A stretch of 64,000 bases of DNA, from the NCBI GenBank assembly GCA_045545475.1, contig JAZQAZ010000029.1, forward strand, positions 29,644-93,643. Reading direction: 5' to 3'. The translations under genes and the position numbers were made by a program. The notes below the pieces were generated by a model. The model ran no database searches, had not been told where the DNA came from, and was given only the letters and a program-made list of their open reading frames with translations. This stretch comes from Clostridia bacterium (lineage in GTDB: Bacteria; Bacillota; Clostridia; CAKSNL01; HGM11501). Shown in pieces: positions 17,836 to 27,529 of this stretch. Each line of letters begins with the position of its first letter. The stretch's first letter is position 1.

Positions 17836-19161
17836 TTATGCTGCGTTATACCAGGGTTCGGTTTTTACTTTTTCCAGAACTATTCTTTTGAATGTTGTAA
17901 ACGCCTGTTCCTTTGTAAATGTTCCGCCAGGGTTAAAGCTGCCGTCTCCCATACCCATCATGATGTTTCCATAAGTGCATGAATATACGCTTTCCCTTGC
18001 CCACGATGAAATCTTACGGTCGTCAGAATATTCACTGTCCGCTCCTCCCGGATTAAATTTTTCTCCTATAAGATGCTTACACATTCTGAACAAAATTGCA
18101 GAAGCTTCTTCTCTTGTAATAAGATCATCTGGTGCAAAAATCCCGTTGCCCTTTCCGTTTATTATTCCGAGGCTGTTAAGAAGTGCAACATCGTGACTTT
18201 TGGTATCCTTAAACTTTGACTCATACTCTGTTACATCGACGTATTCATCTGACTGTCCTATAATTATTCTTGCCGCATAGGTGCAGAACTCTTCACGGGT
18301 AACCGGTTTTGTATAGTCATCGTTATCATCTATTTTTATAGCTCCGTTTGTGCACATAAACATAACACTGTCAAACGCCCAATCGCTGCAGTTAACCTCA
18401 TAAGGTCCACCTGTGCTTACAATTTCCGTATTTTTCGGCATAAGATATTCGCCATTTACGCGAATACTTGTCTCTAAAACACTATGTTCCTCATCGTTTT
18501 CACCGATATATTTCAATACCTCACCACTATAGCGGGAAGGTGCCTTATATGAAGCTATAAGTTTTTCATTTATATATAGGTAAAAACAGTTTTCTCCTTC
18601 TTTGCGACCGGAAAGATCCTTTAATATTTCAGCATATTTTGCCTCGCCCTCATCAGTGAAAGAAAATGTCAGTGCAGTTTTTACACCGGGATGCTTGTCT
18701 ATAAGCATATCATCTTCGCTTCCGTCGTATGTGGCATTTACATAATAAGTAACCTGCTCATCATCATCCCACATAATTCTTGTATATACCGAAGCATTGG
18801 ATAAATGTGTTTCGTCCATCAACACATTTCCCTCAAAATCTCTTATTTCAAAACCGGGAACTCTTTTAAGTCTGTCTTCTACTTTGTCGATATCAACAGG
18901 TTTTTCAAAAATTGCTGTTATTATCTCTCTTTCTCCTTCCGGGTCAAATTCTGTGAGATAATATTTCGCGCCAAGAGATTCCAATTTATCGTATACCACA
19001 TTCCCCGAAACCTGGTTTATGTCGTAATAAGCCAGCTTATCGTCATCATTATACTCTACGGCAACACTTACCGTATAAACCTCTTTCGCTATGGCGGGAA
19101 TCACCATAATCAGGCTTGTAAGAACTGCAATTGTAAGTAAAATTAAAAGTCTCTTTTTCAT
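17836..19161 (-). CDS. secreted SLH-domain protein with a SecD-P1-like N-terminal region
   Basis: Signal peptide; three C-terminal SLH repeats (TREEF, GIINGKGNGIFAPDDLITREEA, GMGDGSFNP). Confidence 0.8.
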   Translation of the reverse strand: MKKRLLILLTIAVLTSLIMVIPAIAKEVYTVSVAVEYNDDDKLAYYDINQVSGNVVYDKLESLGAKYYLTEFDPEGEREIITAIFEKPVDIDKVEDRLKRVPGFEIRDFEGNVLMDETHLSNASVYTRIMWDDDEQVTYYVNATYDGSEDDMLIDKHPGVKTALTFSFTDEGEAKYAEILKDLSGRKEGENCFYLYINEKLIASYKAPSRYSGEVLKYIGENDEEHSVLETSIRVNGEYLMPKNTEIVSTGGPYEVNCSDWAFDSVMFMCTNGAIKIDDNDDYTKPVTREEFCTYAARIIIGQSDEYVDVTEYESKFKDTKSHDVALLNSLGIINGKGNGIFAPDDLITREEASAILFRMCKHLIGEKFNPGGADSEYSDDRKISSWARESVYSCTYGNIMMGMGDGSFNPGGTFTKEQAFTTFKRIVLEKVKTEPWYNAA

Positions 19162-19284
19162 AATGCACTCTCCTTTTCTTCCCGTCAAGTATACCACAAA
19201 AAGTCTTTTAAGACAAGGAAATGAATTAAATAATTAAAGATTATTTTATTAAGATAGAAAACGGCTGTTTTACAGCCGTTTTCT

Positions 19285-20223
19285 TTATCTTTTTATCTTT
19301 TCGTACTCGATTTCGAGCCCTTCTTTTATGCTCTTGAAATCTTCCTTTTTAAGGTTGGTGGCTTTAAGAATTTTGGAATTGTCAATAAAACGGTCATATA
19401 ATCTGTCGTAGAGCAAAATCCACTTTTCCTTGCCCTGTTTTTCCATATCAAGAAGATAAGTCTTGGTGTCCACCCACGAAAAGCGAGTTCCGAAAACCTC
19501 GGAATAAATATCCGCAATTTCGCCCCAGGTAAGGTTTTCACCGTCCGCTACCGTGTATGCCTCACCCATTACGCCTTCCTTAAACAAAAGGTGTGCAATC
19601 ATTTTACCCGAATTTCCCGCCCAGGTAAGTGCCGCACGAAGATTTTTACATTCTGAGGGAAGCGTCAACGCTTCGCCCTTTTCTGCCGCCTCTATCACCT
19701 CACGGTTTGAGCGGGTTACAAGGTCAAATCTCCTTTCAGAAAAGGATATTACGGGGCGGACAACCGTCCAGTTTTTCTTTAAGGAATTATTATTTAAATA
19801 TCTTTCGCACTTTGCCTTGGAAAGGGCATATTTTTCTGTCGCAAGAAATTCCGAATCCTTCGTAATATCTAAAAGCTTCGGTGCGTTTTCGGTTATGGGA
19901 TGCTCCAAATCCGCATAGATACGATAGGATGAAAGGAATATAAGATGGTCGCACTTTTTTGTTAAAAGCTCGTGATAGGGTGCATACGATGCCTCATCCT
20001 GATAGTGCAGAAAATTTACTATTCCGTCGTATTTTTTATCTTTAAGAAAATTTTTTAAGAATTCAAGGTCCGCCTTTTCCCTTATATATGTAAGGCTTTC
20101 GTTATCCGATTTTTTATCTTCAAGGCATATTACATCAACCTTGTGTCCTAAGCTTAATAATTCTTCCGCCGTGTATGAGCCAAGCGTTCCTCCACCACCG
20201 ATTAAAAGTACCTGCTTTTTCAT
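19285..20223 (-). CDS. NAD-dependent epimerase/dehydratase (SDR)
   Basis: LLIGGGGTLG; YALSK catalytic YxxxK. Confidence 0.85.
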   Translation of the reverse strand: MKKQVLLIGGGGTLGSYTAEELLSLGHKVDVICLEDKKSDNESLTYIREKADLEFLKNFLKDKKYDGIVNFLHYQDEASYAPYHELLTKKCDHLIFLSSYRIYADLEHPITENAPKLLDITKDSEFLATEKYALSKAKCERYLNNNSLKKNWTVVRPVISFSERRFDLVTRSNREVIEAAEKGEALTLPSECKNLRAALTWAGNSGKMIAHLLFKEGVMGEAYTVADGENLTWGEIADIYSEVFGTRFSWVDTKTYLLDMEKQGKEKWILLYDRLYDRFIDNSKILKATNLKKEDFKSIKEGLEIEYEKIKR

Positions 20224-20302
20224 AATAGTCCCCCTTTTAGCTAATTATATTATGATGCGCTTTATTTTGCAAGGGAGAAAACTATCCAAAAAAGTAACTA
20301 TT

Positions 20303-21637
20303 CTATGCTCGCAGTGCCCTTATGCTTTTGCTCCCGAAGTAGATGGCAGCACCCACCAGAGCATCAAACAACCAGGAAATTATCCAGCCCGCATAATAGC
20401 CGTAAATGCCGCAAGCGGGAATTAAGATAAGGCTCATTATAATTCTCGCAATGGAGCCCGACAAGCTTGTCATTAAAAGTGCCGCCATGTTTCCGATTCC
20501 ACGGAAATAGTTGTGATATAAATTCGCAATTACATTAAGTACAATAAAGGGAAGTCCCCATCTTAAAAAGTTTATTGTATAGGTAACCGCTTCAGGCGAT
20601 GCATCGCTTCCGAAGAAAAGCCCTGATACAGAAGGAGCGAAAAACGCGCTGATTAAAATAAGGGGAAGAGCGAAAACGGAAGACTGAATGATTGCCACCT
20701 TCATACCCTTTTTAAGCTTGTCATACTTTTTTGCACCAAAACACTGTGCCGTGTAGCTTGCCAGTGTTTTTGAGGAATTCTGATAAATTGCCGCATTAAT
20801 GTCGTAAATTCTGTAGCTTACAAGATAGCTTGCCGCAGCGGCGGAGCCGATATTATTTACCATGGGCGAAAGGATAATTCCCGCAAAATACATTGCCGAC
20901 TGCTGAAGGCAAGAAAAGGCGGAATATCTCGCCGTTGCAAGAAGCCCTTCGGAAAAGCTTTTTATTTTAGTTTTGTAAACACCCAGCTTTTTGAAGCAGG
21001 AGGCCATTTTTAATATATATAAAACTCCAACCACACTGTAGGATATGACATTTGCAAGGGCAAGGGCGGATGCATCCATATGGAAAAACACGATAAAGGC
21101 AGAGCCGAGGCCGATATTAAGAAGCGTTGAAAGAATTGACATATATAAGGGATATGCACTGTCACCCATTGCCGTTATTACCTGAACGGCGTTTATGCCG
21201 AAAAGAACGATTACTTTACCCACCATTGAAATTGTAAAATAGCGGCTGCACTCGGAAAGAACGGCATCATCCACGTTGAAAAAGTCCATAACCGTACCGC
21301 GGAATATTATGAAAAACACGGACAAAAGGGCGATGATTCCCGAAAGCATCAGGAAGTTATTTACGATAACGCACTTCATTCTGTAATATTCCTTTGCTCC
21401 GAAAAGGTGGGCGGTGTAAACGCCGACGCCCATTCCGTATCCCCAGAATATGGAATTCAAAAATGTATCAAGAGGAGCTATGGCACCTATCGCACCTAAG
21501 GCCCCGTCCCCCAAAAGCTTACCTGCAATTATGGTGTTTACCACGTTGTAGCACTGGGAAAGAAGCCCGGAAAGCACCATCGGTATTGCAAAAAGTATAA
21601 AGGTTTTATAAATATTTCCTTTTGTTAAGTCTTTCAT
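20303..21637 (-). CDS. MATE-family efflux transporter
   Basis: MKDLTKGNI..LFAIP..., about 12 TM segments. Confidence 0.9.
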   Translation of the reverse strand: MKDLTKGNIYKTFILFAIPMVLSGLLSQCYNVVNTIIAGKLLGDGALGAIGAIAPLDTFLNSIFWGYGMGVGVYTAHLFGAKEYYRMKCVIVNNFLMLSGIIALLSVFFIIFRGTVMDFFNVDDAVLSECSRYFTISMVGKVIVLFGINAVQVITAMGDSAYPLYMSILSTLLNIGLGSAFIVFFHMDASALALANVISYSVVGVLYILKMASCFKKLGVYKTKIKSFSEGLLATARYSAFSCLQQSAMYFAGIILSPMVNNIGSAAAASYLVSYRIYDINAAIYQNSSKTLASYTAQCFGAKKYDKLKKGMKVAIIQSSVFALPLILISAFFAPSVSGLFFGSDASPEAVTYTINFLRWGLPFIVLNVIANLYHNYFRGIGNMAALLMTSLSGSIARIIMSLILIPACGIYGYYAGWIISWLFDALVGAAIYFGSKSIRALRA

Positions 21638-21647
21638 TTTATCCCTC

Positions 21648-21741
21648 TTGACATTAATTAATCGCTCTTGTATAATTATAGTAAATTATCAAAATTTATC
21701 AAGATATGTTCATTATATTGACAATTTATCATTTTTTATCA
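21648..21741 (+). promoter_or_regulatory. consensus SigA promoter plus phased TTATCA direct repeats (candidate DeoR operator)
   Basis: TTGACA(21648)-N17-TATAAT(21671); TTATCA at 21686, 21696, 21726 and 21736. Confidence 0.7.
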
Positions 21742-21754
21742 AAAGAGGTGTGCT

Positions 21755-22513
21755 ATGTCCGAAAAAAGAATCGATACAATCTTAAGGATAATAAAGGAGC
21801 AAGGCTATGTGACGGTTAAATACTTGTGCGACGAGCTTCATTACAGCACCGCCACCATAAACCGTGACCTTAACGATTTGCAGAAGAAAAAGCTTATCAC
21901 CCGCCACTACGGAGGGGCAGAGCTGGTTAAGTCCAAGGGTACGCCCCTTGTTTTCCGCTATCACAAGATGCGCCCGGTAAAGAGGCTTCTTGCTAAAAAG
22001 GCAGCGGAGCTTGTAGATGAAGGAATGACCGTTTTTATTGACGGCTCCACCACGGCACAGTATATCGGGCAATACATAAAGGATATAAAAAATCTTAAGG
22101 TAATAACAAACAACTTAAATTTAATTTCCTATTTAAGCGAATGTGGTATTAAGTGCATCTGCCTCGGGGGAGATATAATTGAAAGCCCCTATAATACCGG
22201 CGGAATTGATGCCGCTTTTCAGGCAAAAAGCTACCGTGCCGACCTTGCTTTTCTTTCGACCGGCGGAATTTCAGCCGACGGAAAGATTTTTGACGGAGTT
22301 TATCTTGACCTTCACAGGGTTATGATAGAAAATTCCGAAAAAGCCGTATTCCTTATTGACCACAAAAAGCTTGATGTGGCAGGCGAAAGATTTCTTTCAG
22401 ATCTTTCTAGTATCGACATACTTATTACCGACCATAAATTCGGCGATGATGTAAAGGAAAAATACAAAAACACAATCTTTATGGAAATTGAAACCCCGAA
22501 AACACAAAAATAA
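21755..22513 (+). CDS. DeoR/GlpR-family regulator
   Basis: STATINRDL...RHYGGA, IDGSTT, ITNN. Confidence 0.92.
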   Translation: MSEKRIDTILRIIKEQGYVTVKYLCDELHYSTATINRDLNDLQKKKLITRHYGGAELVKSKGTPLVFRYHKMRPVKRLLAKKAAELVDEGMTVFIDGSTTAQYIGQYIKDIKNLKVITNNLNLISYLSECGIKCICLGGDIIESPYNTGGIDAAFQAKSYRADLAFLSTGGISADGKIFDGVYLDLHRVMIENSEKAVFLIDHKKLDVAGERFLSDLSSIDILITDHKFGDDVKEKYKNTIFMEIETPKTQK

Positions 22514-22574
22514 GAAAAGCGAAGAATTTTTCTTCGCTTTTCTTATTTTTATATACTAGCTTCAAACAGCACCG

Positions 22575-23582
22575 TTACTCCTGTATCGCAGTAACTATAC
22601 CATTAGATACGTAAACATATGCTCTGTCGCCATACCTATCATATACCCATTGTTCTCTAACTCCATGTACTGTTGTGGTCTTATTTATTTTTTTTGGTGT
22701 TCCCCAAAAAGATCTCTCCAATTCTTCCCTCGACATACCTATATATGGAACTTTAGATAGCTCCGGAAAATCTGTATTATTACTAATCTTTGTATATATC
22801 TTTCCTTCTGAAGCTTCTTGCACATTTTCTTCTACTTCTGTTATTTTCAATTGTTCATTTTCTAAAAAATCGACTTTATACTCAACAGACAAAGAAGGTG
22901 AACGCAATACTATATTTCCATCATCTACAGACAAAGAACTTAGATTTTTAATATATACAATTTTTTTTGAATTGTCATAATAAAAAATTTTAGCTACATT
23001 GTAATCATTGAATATAAAATCATGTTCTTTACTATTAATACATGCCCATGTACCATTCAATGATTCAATTACAGATATAGGGATATCTTTTCTGTAAGCA
23101 TCTATTCTTAACGAATATAAAATATCATTATATTTATTATCTATATCTAACCCATAATCTTCATAAAAAACTTTTATTGCCTCAATCCTTAATTTGTAGT
23201 ACTCGTTCCAAGCATCATCAAATGTCTCAACGCTATAATCCCCATTCCTGGTCACATCATATTGCCCTTTTAATGCATTCAAATACTTATCTACAATAGT
23301 CTGAAAATCGGAATTAACAAATTTATAGTTATAATATTTCTCAAGATATTTATACTCAATATCTACAAGCTGTGTGTAAAAAGAAATGCTCTCCTCTAAC
23401 GTTTCATCCTCGCTCTGTTTAGCATCATTAGCATCCCATCTATTTTCCAGTGCCATTTTCAAATCTGATAAAAAATCCTCTTGACTAAACTGCAAAGACA
23501 TAGGTTCAATATTTTCTCCACTACAGCTACTAAGAAGAAATATTAAACACAAACAAATAATTACATATAAAACTCGCTTCAT
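22575..23582 (-). CDS. AT-rich lipoprotein with C-terminal SmpA/OmlA-like domain
   Basis: Lipobox LSSC from ATG 23582; C-terminal IGMSREEL...WGTP...EQWVY...NGIVTAIQ. Confidence 0.7.
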   Translation of the reverse strand: MKRVLYVIICLCLIFLLSSCSGENIEPMSLQFSQEDFLSDLKMALENRWDANDAKQSEDETLEESISFYTQLVDIEYKYLEKYYNYKFVNSDFQTIVDKYLNALKGQYDVTRNGDYSVETFDDAWNEYYKLRIEAIKVFYEDYGLDIDNKYNDILYSLRIDAYRKDIPISVIESLNGTWACINSKEHDFIFNDYNVAKIFYYDNSKKIVYIKNLSSLSVDDGNIVLRSPSLSVEYKVDFLENEQLKITEVEENVQEASEGKIYTKISNNTDFPELSKVPYIGMSREELERSFWGTPKKINKTTTVHGVREQWVYDRYGDRAYVYVSNGIVTAIQE

Positions 23583-23599
23583 TATAAATTTTTCTCCTT

Positions 23600-24985
23600 C
23601 TATATGCCGTATTTTTCTGCCGCTTCCTCTGTAAGTTCGCCCTTTCCGCACTCTAAAAGCCAGGTTCCGACCGCTTTTCTTATGTCGGTTTTTTCATATC
23701 TTCCGCTTGCTTCAAGGCCTGTTTCCTTTTTGAAAAGTTCAAAGTCGGAAGGTGCATAGCTTTTATCCCCAAAGCGGTTTAAAAGATTTTCAGACTCTGT
23801 GTAATACACGTTTTCGTCGATTAAAAGCTGGCTTTCCGGCTCCTTTAAAATAAATGAGAAAATTGCCGCACCGACCTTGGCATTATGGAAAATGTTACGC
23901 TTTATTTCAAGCCCTGCGTCCCTATCCTCCGTCTTTTTAGCCATACGCCACAAAAATACGTGATGCCCCATAGGGAAGGGCCATATTTCAGACATTCTCG
24001 GTGCTTCCTCACCCTGAGGCGAAAAGCCGCCACCTGCATTTATGCAGATGTTGTCGTTGAATTTTGCGCGGATGGGAATGAAATCCCTTACCTCATACGC
24101 CGCCATTCCGTAATTCATAAAAAGGTTGTGGCAATAAGTGACATCCGTTGCGGGAGTTGTGCCCGCAAAACCCTGATGGGTTATGCAGGAGTCATAAACG
24201 TTGTTGAAAAGACAGTCTTTTACCGTAATTTTTCCCATATGCTGCCAGGCTTCAACGCCGTTACCCAGCCTTATTCTCTGAGCACGGCTGAAAACCGCAC
24301 CGCCGAGGAAGTGAAATTCGCATCTTTCCACCGTAAGCTCGTGATCGCCCTTTATGCCGTGAACACCGCTGTTTATAAAGGTTATGTCGCAGATTTTTGC
24401 GTAGTTTGCCCAGCAAAGAGCAAACTTTCCGTAAATGGCACACTCGATATGGGAATAGACCTTGCCGGGATTGCCCACGGAATAGAGATACAAGGGGCGT
24501 TTATAGCCCTCTGGTACTTCCTTTTCCTCCCACTCATACTGAGAAAGCCTTTTCTGCTTTCTTAAATTCCCCTTGCCAAGGTCATCATCATACCATTCGC
24601 CCTGATTTTTAAGGTCAGAAAGATTCCAGCGGAGGTTTCCGCAAAATTCTCCGTAATTGAAAATCAAGTTGCAGGGCTCGTCGGTCTCCTCCCCCACATA
24701 GTGCCAGATATTTTCCTTTTCTTCCACCCATAAATCGGGGGAAGAATAGTCCATTGATCCGCAGAATACGGGGTTTTCTCCTTCGCCGTAGGCACCGTAG
24801 GTTATTACATTTCCCTTTTCTCCCCATACGGCATCCAGGTTTCCTCTGTAAAACGTACCCCTCTTAAAAAGCACCGTATCCCCGGGCTTTACGCCAAGGG
24901 AAAAAATATCTTTGGCAGGAGTTTTTTCACTCAAGCCGTCGTTTTCGGCTTTGCCTTCTTTTAAATCAATATAATAAGTTGCCAT
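23600..24985 (-). CDS. right-handed beta-helix (pectin-lyase-like) protein
   Basis: YYID...NDGLS..TP, PGDTVLFKRG, YGAYGEG; no signal peptide. Confidence 0.75.
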   Translation of the reverse strand: MATYYIDLKEGKAENDGLSEKTPAKDIFSLGVKPGDTVLFKRGTFYRGNLDAVWGEKGNVITYGAYGEGENPVFCGSMDYSSPDLWVEEKENIWHYVGEETDEPCNLIFNYGEFCGNLRWNLSDLKNQGEWYDDDLGKGNLRKQKRLSQYEWEEKEVPEGYKRPLYLYSVGNPGKVYSHIECAIYGKFALCWANYAKICDITFINSGVHGIKGDHELTVERCEFHFLGGAVFSRAQRIRLGNGVEAWQHMGKITVKDCLFNNVYDSCITHQGFAGTTPATDVTYCHNLFMNYGMAAYEVRDFIPIRAKFNDNICINAGGGFSPQGEEAPRMSEIWPFPMGHHVFLWRMAKKTEDRDAGLEIKRNIFHNAKVGAAIFSFILKEPESQLLIDENVYYTESENLLNRFGDKSYAPSDFELFKKETGLEASGRYEKTDIRKAVGTWLLECGKGELTEEAAEKYGI

Positions 24986-24996
24986 AGAAACACTCC

Positions 24997-26298
24997 TTAT
25001 ATTTTTCCATCTGCCGCCACACCTGCATACATTGCCACACCGATTGCGGCTTCTTCATCGTTTTCCGTAAGGCTTAAGGGCAGGCTGAAAACATCTTTTA
25101 TTACCTTTTTAAGCACTTCGTTTTTCTTAACCGCATTTCCCGATGCGGTAAGTTTTTCAGCGTTTATACCCATCAGGTCAAAATAGCCTTTAAGCTCATT
25201 TACCATTCCGTAAAGTGTTCCCAAAACGAGATTTCCCGGGGTAAAGTTAAAGTCGCTTATATCCGCTATGCTTCCCCTTAATTCGGGATTTTCCCTTGTT
25301 CCGCAAAATAGGGGTAAAACTTTAAGTGCTTCCCCTTTTTCATAGGCTTTTTGGGCAAGGGCGTTCATAGTTTCATACTGTTTTTCATTTATACCTATCG
25401 CCTTTGCATATTCCGAAAAGAAATTTTCAAGGATGGCATATGCCTTTCCACCACAAAGTGCAGAGCCGCAAAGAAGATATTTTCCGAACAAGTAGGGGCG
25501 GACTTCAAGCCCCTTTTCCGCATTTTTAAAATCCTCCGTCACCACGGAAATCTGACTTCCCGTTCCGAAGTTGATAAGCGCGCCTTCGTTATCTTCTGCA
25601 CTTCCGAAAAAGCTTGCCTGATTGTCTCCTATAGCAACGCTTACGGGGATGCCATTAAAGTATCCCGCCACAGTATCTTCCGAAATTTCGGGAAGTGCAA
25701 GATGAGAAAGCTCAAGCGCATTTACCGCCTTTTTTAAAAAGCAGTTTTCCTTAACATCAAAAAGCCCGAAGGATGCGGCAAAGGACGGGTGGATTAGAGG
25801 TGTTTTCCTTCCCGTTAGTGCCATTACCAAAGCATCCGCAATTGAGCAGAAGGTGTATGCACCATCATCCTCAATGCCGCTTATTTTATTGTAGAAAAGA
25901 GTTGCAAAGCCATAGCCTGAGTTTACGCTTTCGCCCGTTCTTTCCTTTATTTCGTCGCAGTAGGTTTTGCTTTCAAAAAAAGCTCTGTTCCCTCTTTTAT
26001 CCTGCCAGCTGTAAAGGGGTGATGCCATTTCTCCCGACCTTGACAGATACACCACTCCGTGCATCTGCCCGGTTATGCCGATTGCTTTGATATCGGGGAT
26101 TTTTTCCGTTAGCTCATTTGCCAAAGAAAGGGATATTTCAATTATCTTTTTTGCATCAAATTCAGCAAGGTCATCGTCCGTTTCAAATTTTGAACTGTTT
26201 GAAACTGTCCTTGTACAAATGACTTTTCTCAAAGCGGAGTCATAAACCACCGCACTTATATTTGTGCTTCCTATATCTATACCTAAAAGAGCCGACAT
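24997..26298 (-). CDS. FGGY carbohydrate kinase (sedoheptulokinase/xylulokinase-like)
   Basis: LGIDIGST, GITGQMHG, SWQDKR, GDNQAS, NFGTGSQ. Confidence 0.88.
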   Translation of the reverse strand: MSALLGIDIGSTNISAVVYDSALRKVICTRTVSNSSKFETDDDLAEFDAKKIIEISLSLANELTEKIPDIKAIGITGQMHGVVYLSRSGEMASPLYSWQDKRGNRAFFESKTYCDEIKERTGESVNSGYGFATLFYNKISGIEDDGAYTFCSIADALVMALTGRKTPLIHPSFAASFGLFDVKENCFLKKAVNALELSHLALPEISEDTVAGYFNGIPVSVAIGDNQASFFGSAEDNEGALINFGTGSQISVVTEDFKNAEKGLEVRPYLFGKYLLCGSALCGGKAYAILENFFSEYAKAIGINEKQYETMNALAQKAYEKGEALKVLPLFCGTRENPELRGSIADISDFNFTPGNLVLGTLYGMVNELKGYFDLMGINAEKLTASGNAVKKNEVLKKVIKDVFSLPLSLTENDEEAAIGVAMYAGVAADGKI

Positions 26299-26422
26299 TA
26301 TAGCGCCCCCTTTTTGCTTTATAACAAAAAAAGAATACCATATCTTAAGGCTTTTGTCAATAAAACTGGGTACGAAAAAGCAAAAAAGACAAGGCAAAGC
26401 CTTGTCTTTTATCTTCTGTTTA

Positions 26423-27505
26423 TTACATCAATTTATCAACTCCGAGTGCCTCGCAGATATTGTTGATTTCTTCAAGAGTTTTTTCATTTACGTCTATTCC
26501 GTCTCTTAGTTTTTCTTTAAGCCTTAACATTTCTTTTTCGCCGTGAGTGTATATCGGCACATTTTCATCTGCCCGCTTGGATGAGCGCAGCTCTTCTAAA
26601 AATATGCTTAAATTTTTCTTTTGCTCCTCTGCATTTCCGAAAATTTCAGGGCTTATCACTATAAAGCTGTGGCAAGTTCCTTCTCCGCAGTTTTCCTTTC
26701 GTACAAAACGATTTGATGTTGCACCGCCAGACACAATGGCACATAAAAGCTCGCACATCATCCCGAAGCCATAGCCTTTATGAGAGCCTGTTTCCTCCCT
26801 ATTTCCTCCCACAGGTAAAATTCCGCCTGTACCAACCTTATCATTGATGCAGTGCAGTACATGGGCGGCATCTTCAGACACCTTTCCGTCTTCACCCGTC
26901 GCCCATCCGTAAATGAGAGGCTTATCTTCCTTGTTGTAAACTTCTAATTTGCCTCTGGGAATAACCGTTGTTGCGGCATCAAACCAAAAAGGATAAGGTT
27001 CTGCCGGCATAGCAAAAGCAATCGGATTTGAACCAAGTATCGCTTGTTTGGAGTTTGTATGCACCGCTATCGATTCGGTATTTGTCATACATATGCCTAT
27101 CATCCCCGCTTCAACGGCTTTTTTCGTATAATATCCTGCAATACCATAATGATTTGAGTTTCGGACAGAAACAAAAGCCATACCATTTTGTTTCGCTTTT
27201 TCTATTGCAAGATTATTGGCGTAGCTTGCTACAAGCTGTCCCATAGCACTATGTCCGTCAATAACGGCTGACACGGACGTTTCAAAAACTATTTCTGCCG
27301 CTGCATCCACGCGTATTGAGTTTCTTTTTACAGCATTGTAATATCTTATAAGCCTCTGCACGCCGTGAGACTCTATGCCGTATAAATCAGCCAGCAACAA
27401 TACCTCGGTTATCAGTTTCGCGTCCTTTTGAGGAAAGCCTAATTTTTCAAATATATTTGTTACGGTTTTATTTACTTCGTTTACATCATATTTTGTATAG
27501 CTCAT
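26423..27505 (-). CDS. Ldh_2-family malate/L-lactate-type oxidoreductase
   Basis: GIESHGVQRL, NSNHYGIAGYY, GSNPIAF, HKGYG. Confidence 0.9.
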   Translation of the reverse strand: MSYTKYDVNEVNKTVTNIFEKLGFPQKDAKLITEVLLLADLYGIESHGVQRLIRYYNAVKRNSIRVDAAAEIVFETSVSAVIDGHSAMGQLVASYANNLAIEKAKQNGMAFVSVRNSNHYGIAGYYTKKAVEAGMIGICMTNTESIAVHTNSKQAILGSNPIAFAMPAEPYPFWFDAATTVIPRGKLEVYNKEDKPLIYGWATGEDGKVSEDAAHVLHCINDKVGTGGILPVGGNREETGSHKGYGFGMMCELLCAIVSGGATSNRFVRKENCGEGTCHSFIVISPEIFGNAEEQKKNLSIFLEELRSSKRADENVPIYTHGEKEMLRLKEKLRDGIDVNEKTLEEINNICEALGVDKLM

Positions 27506-27529
27506 ATTTTCACTCCTTTTAAGGATGCA

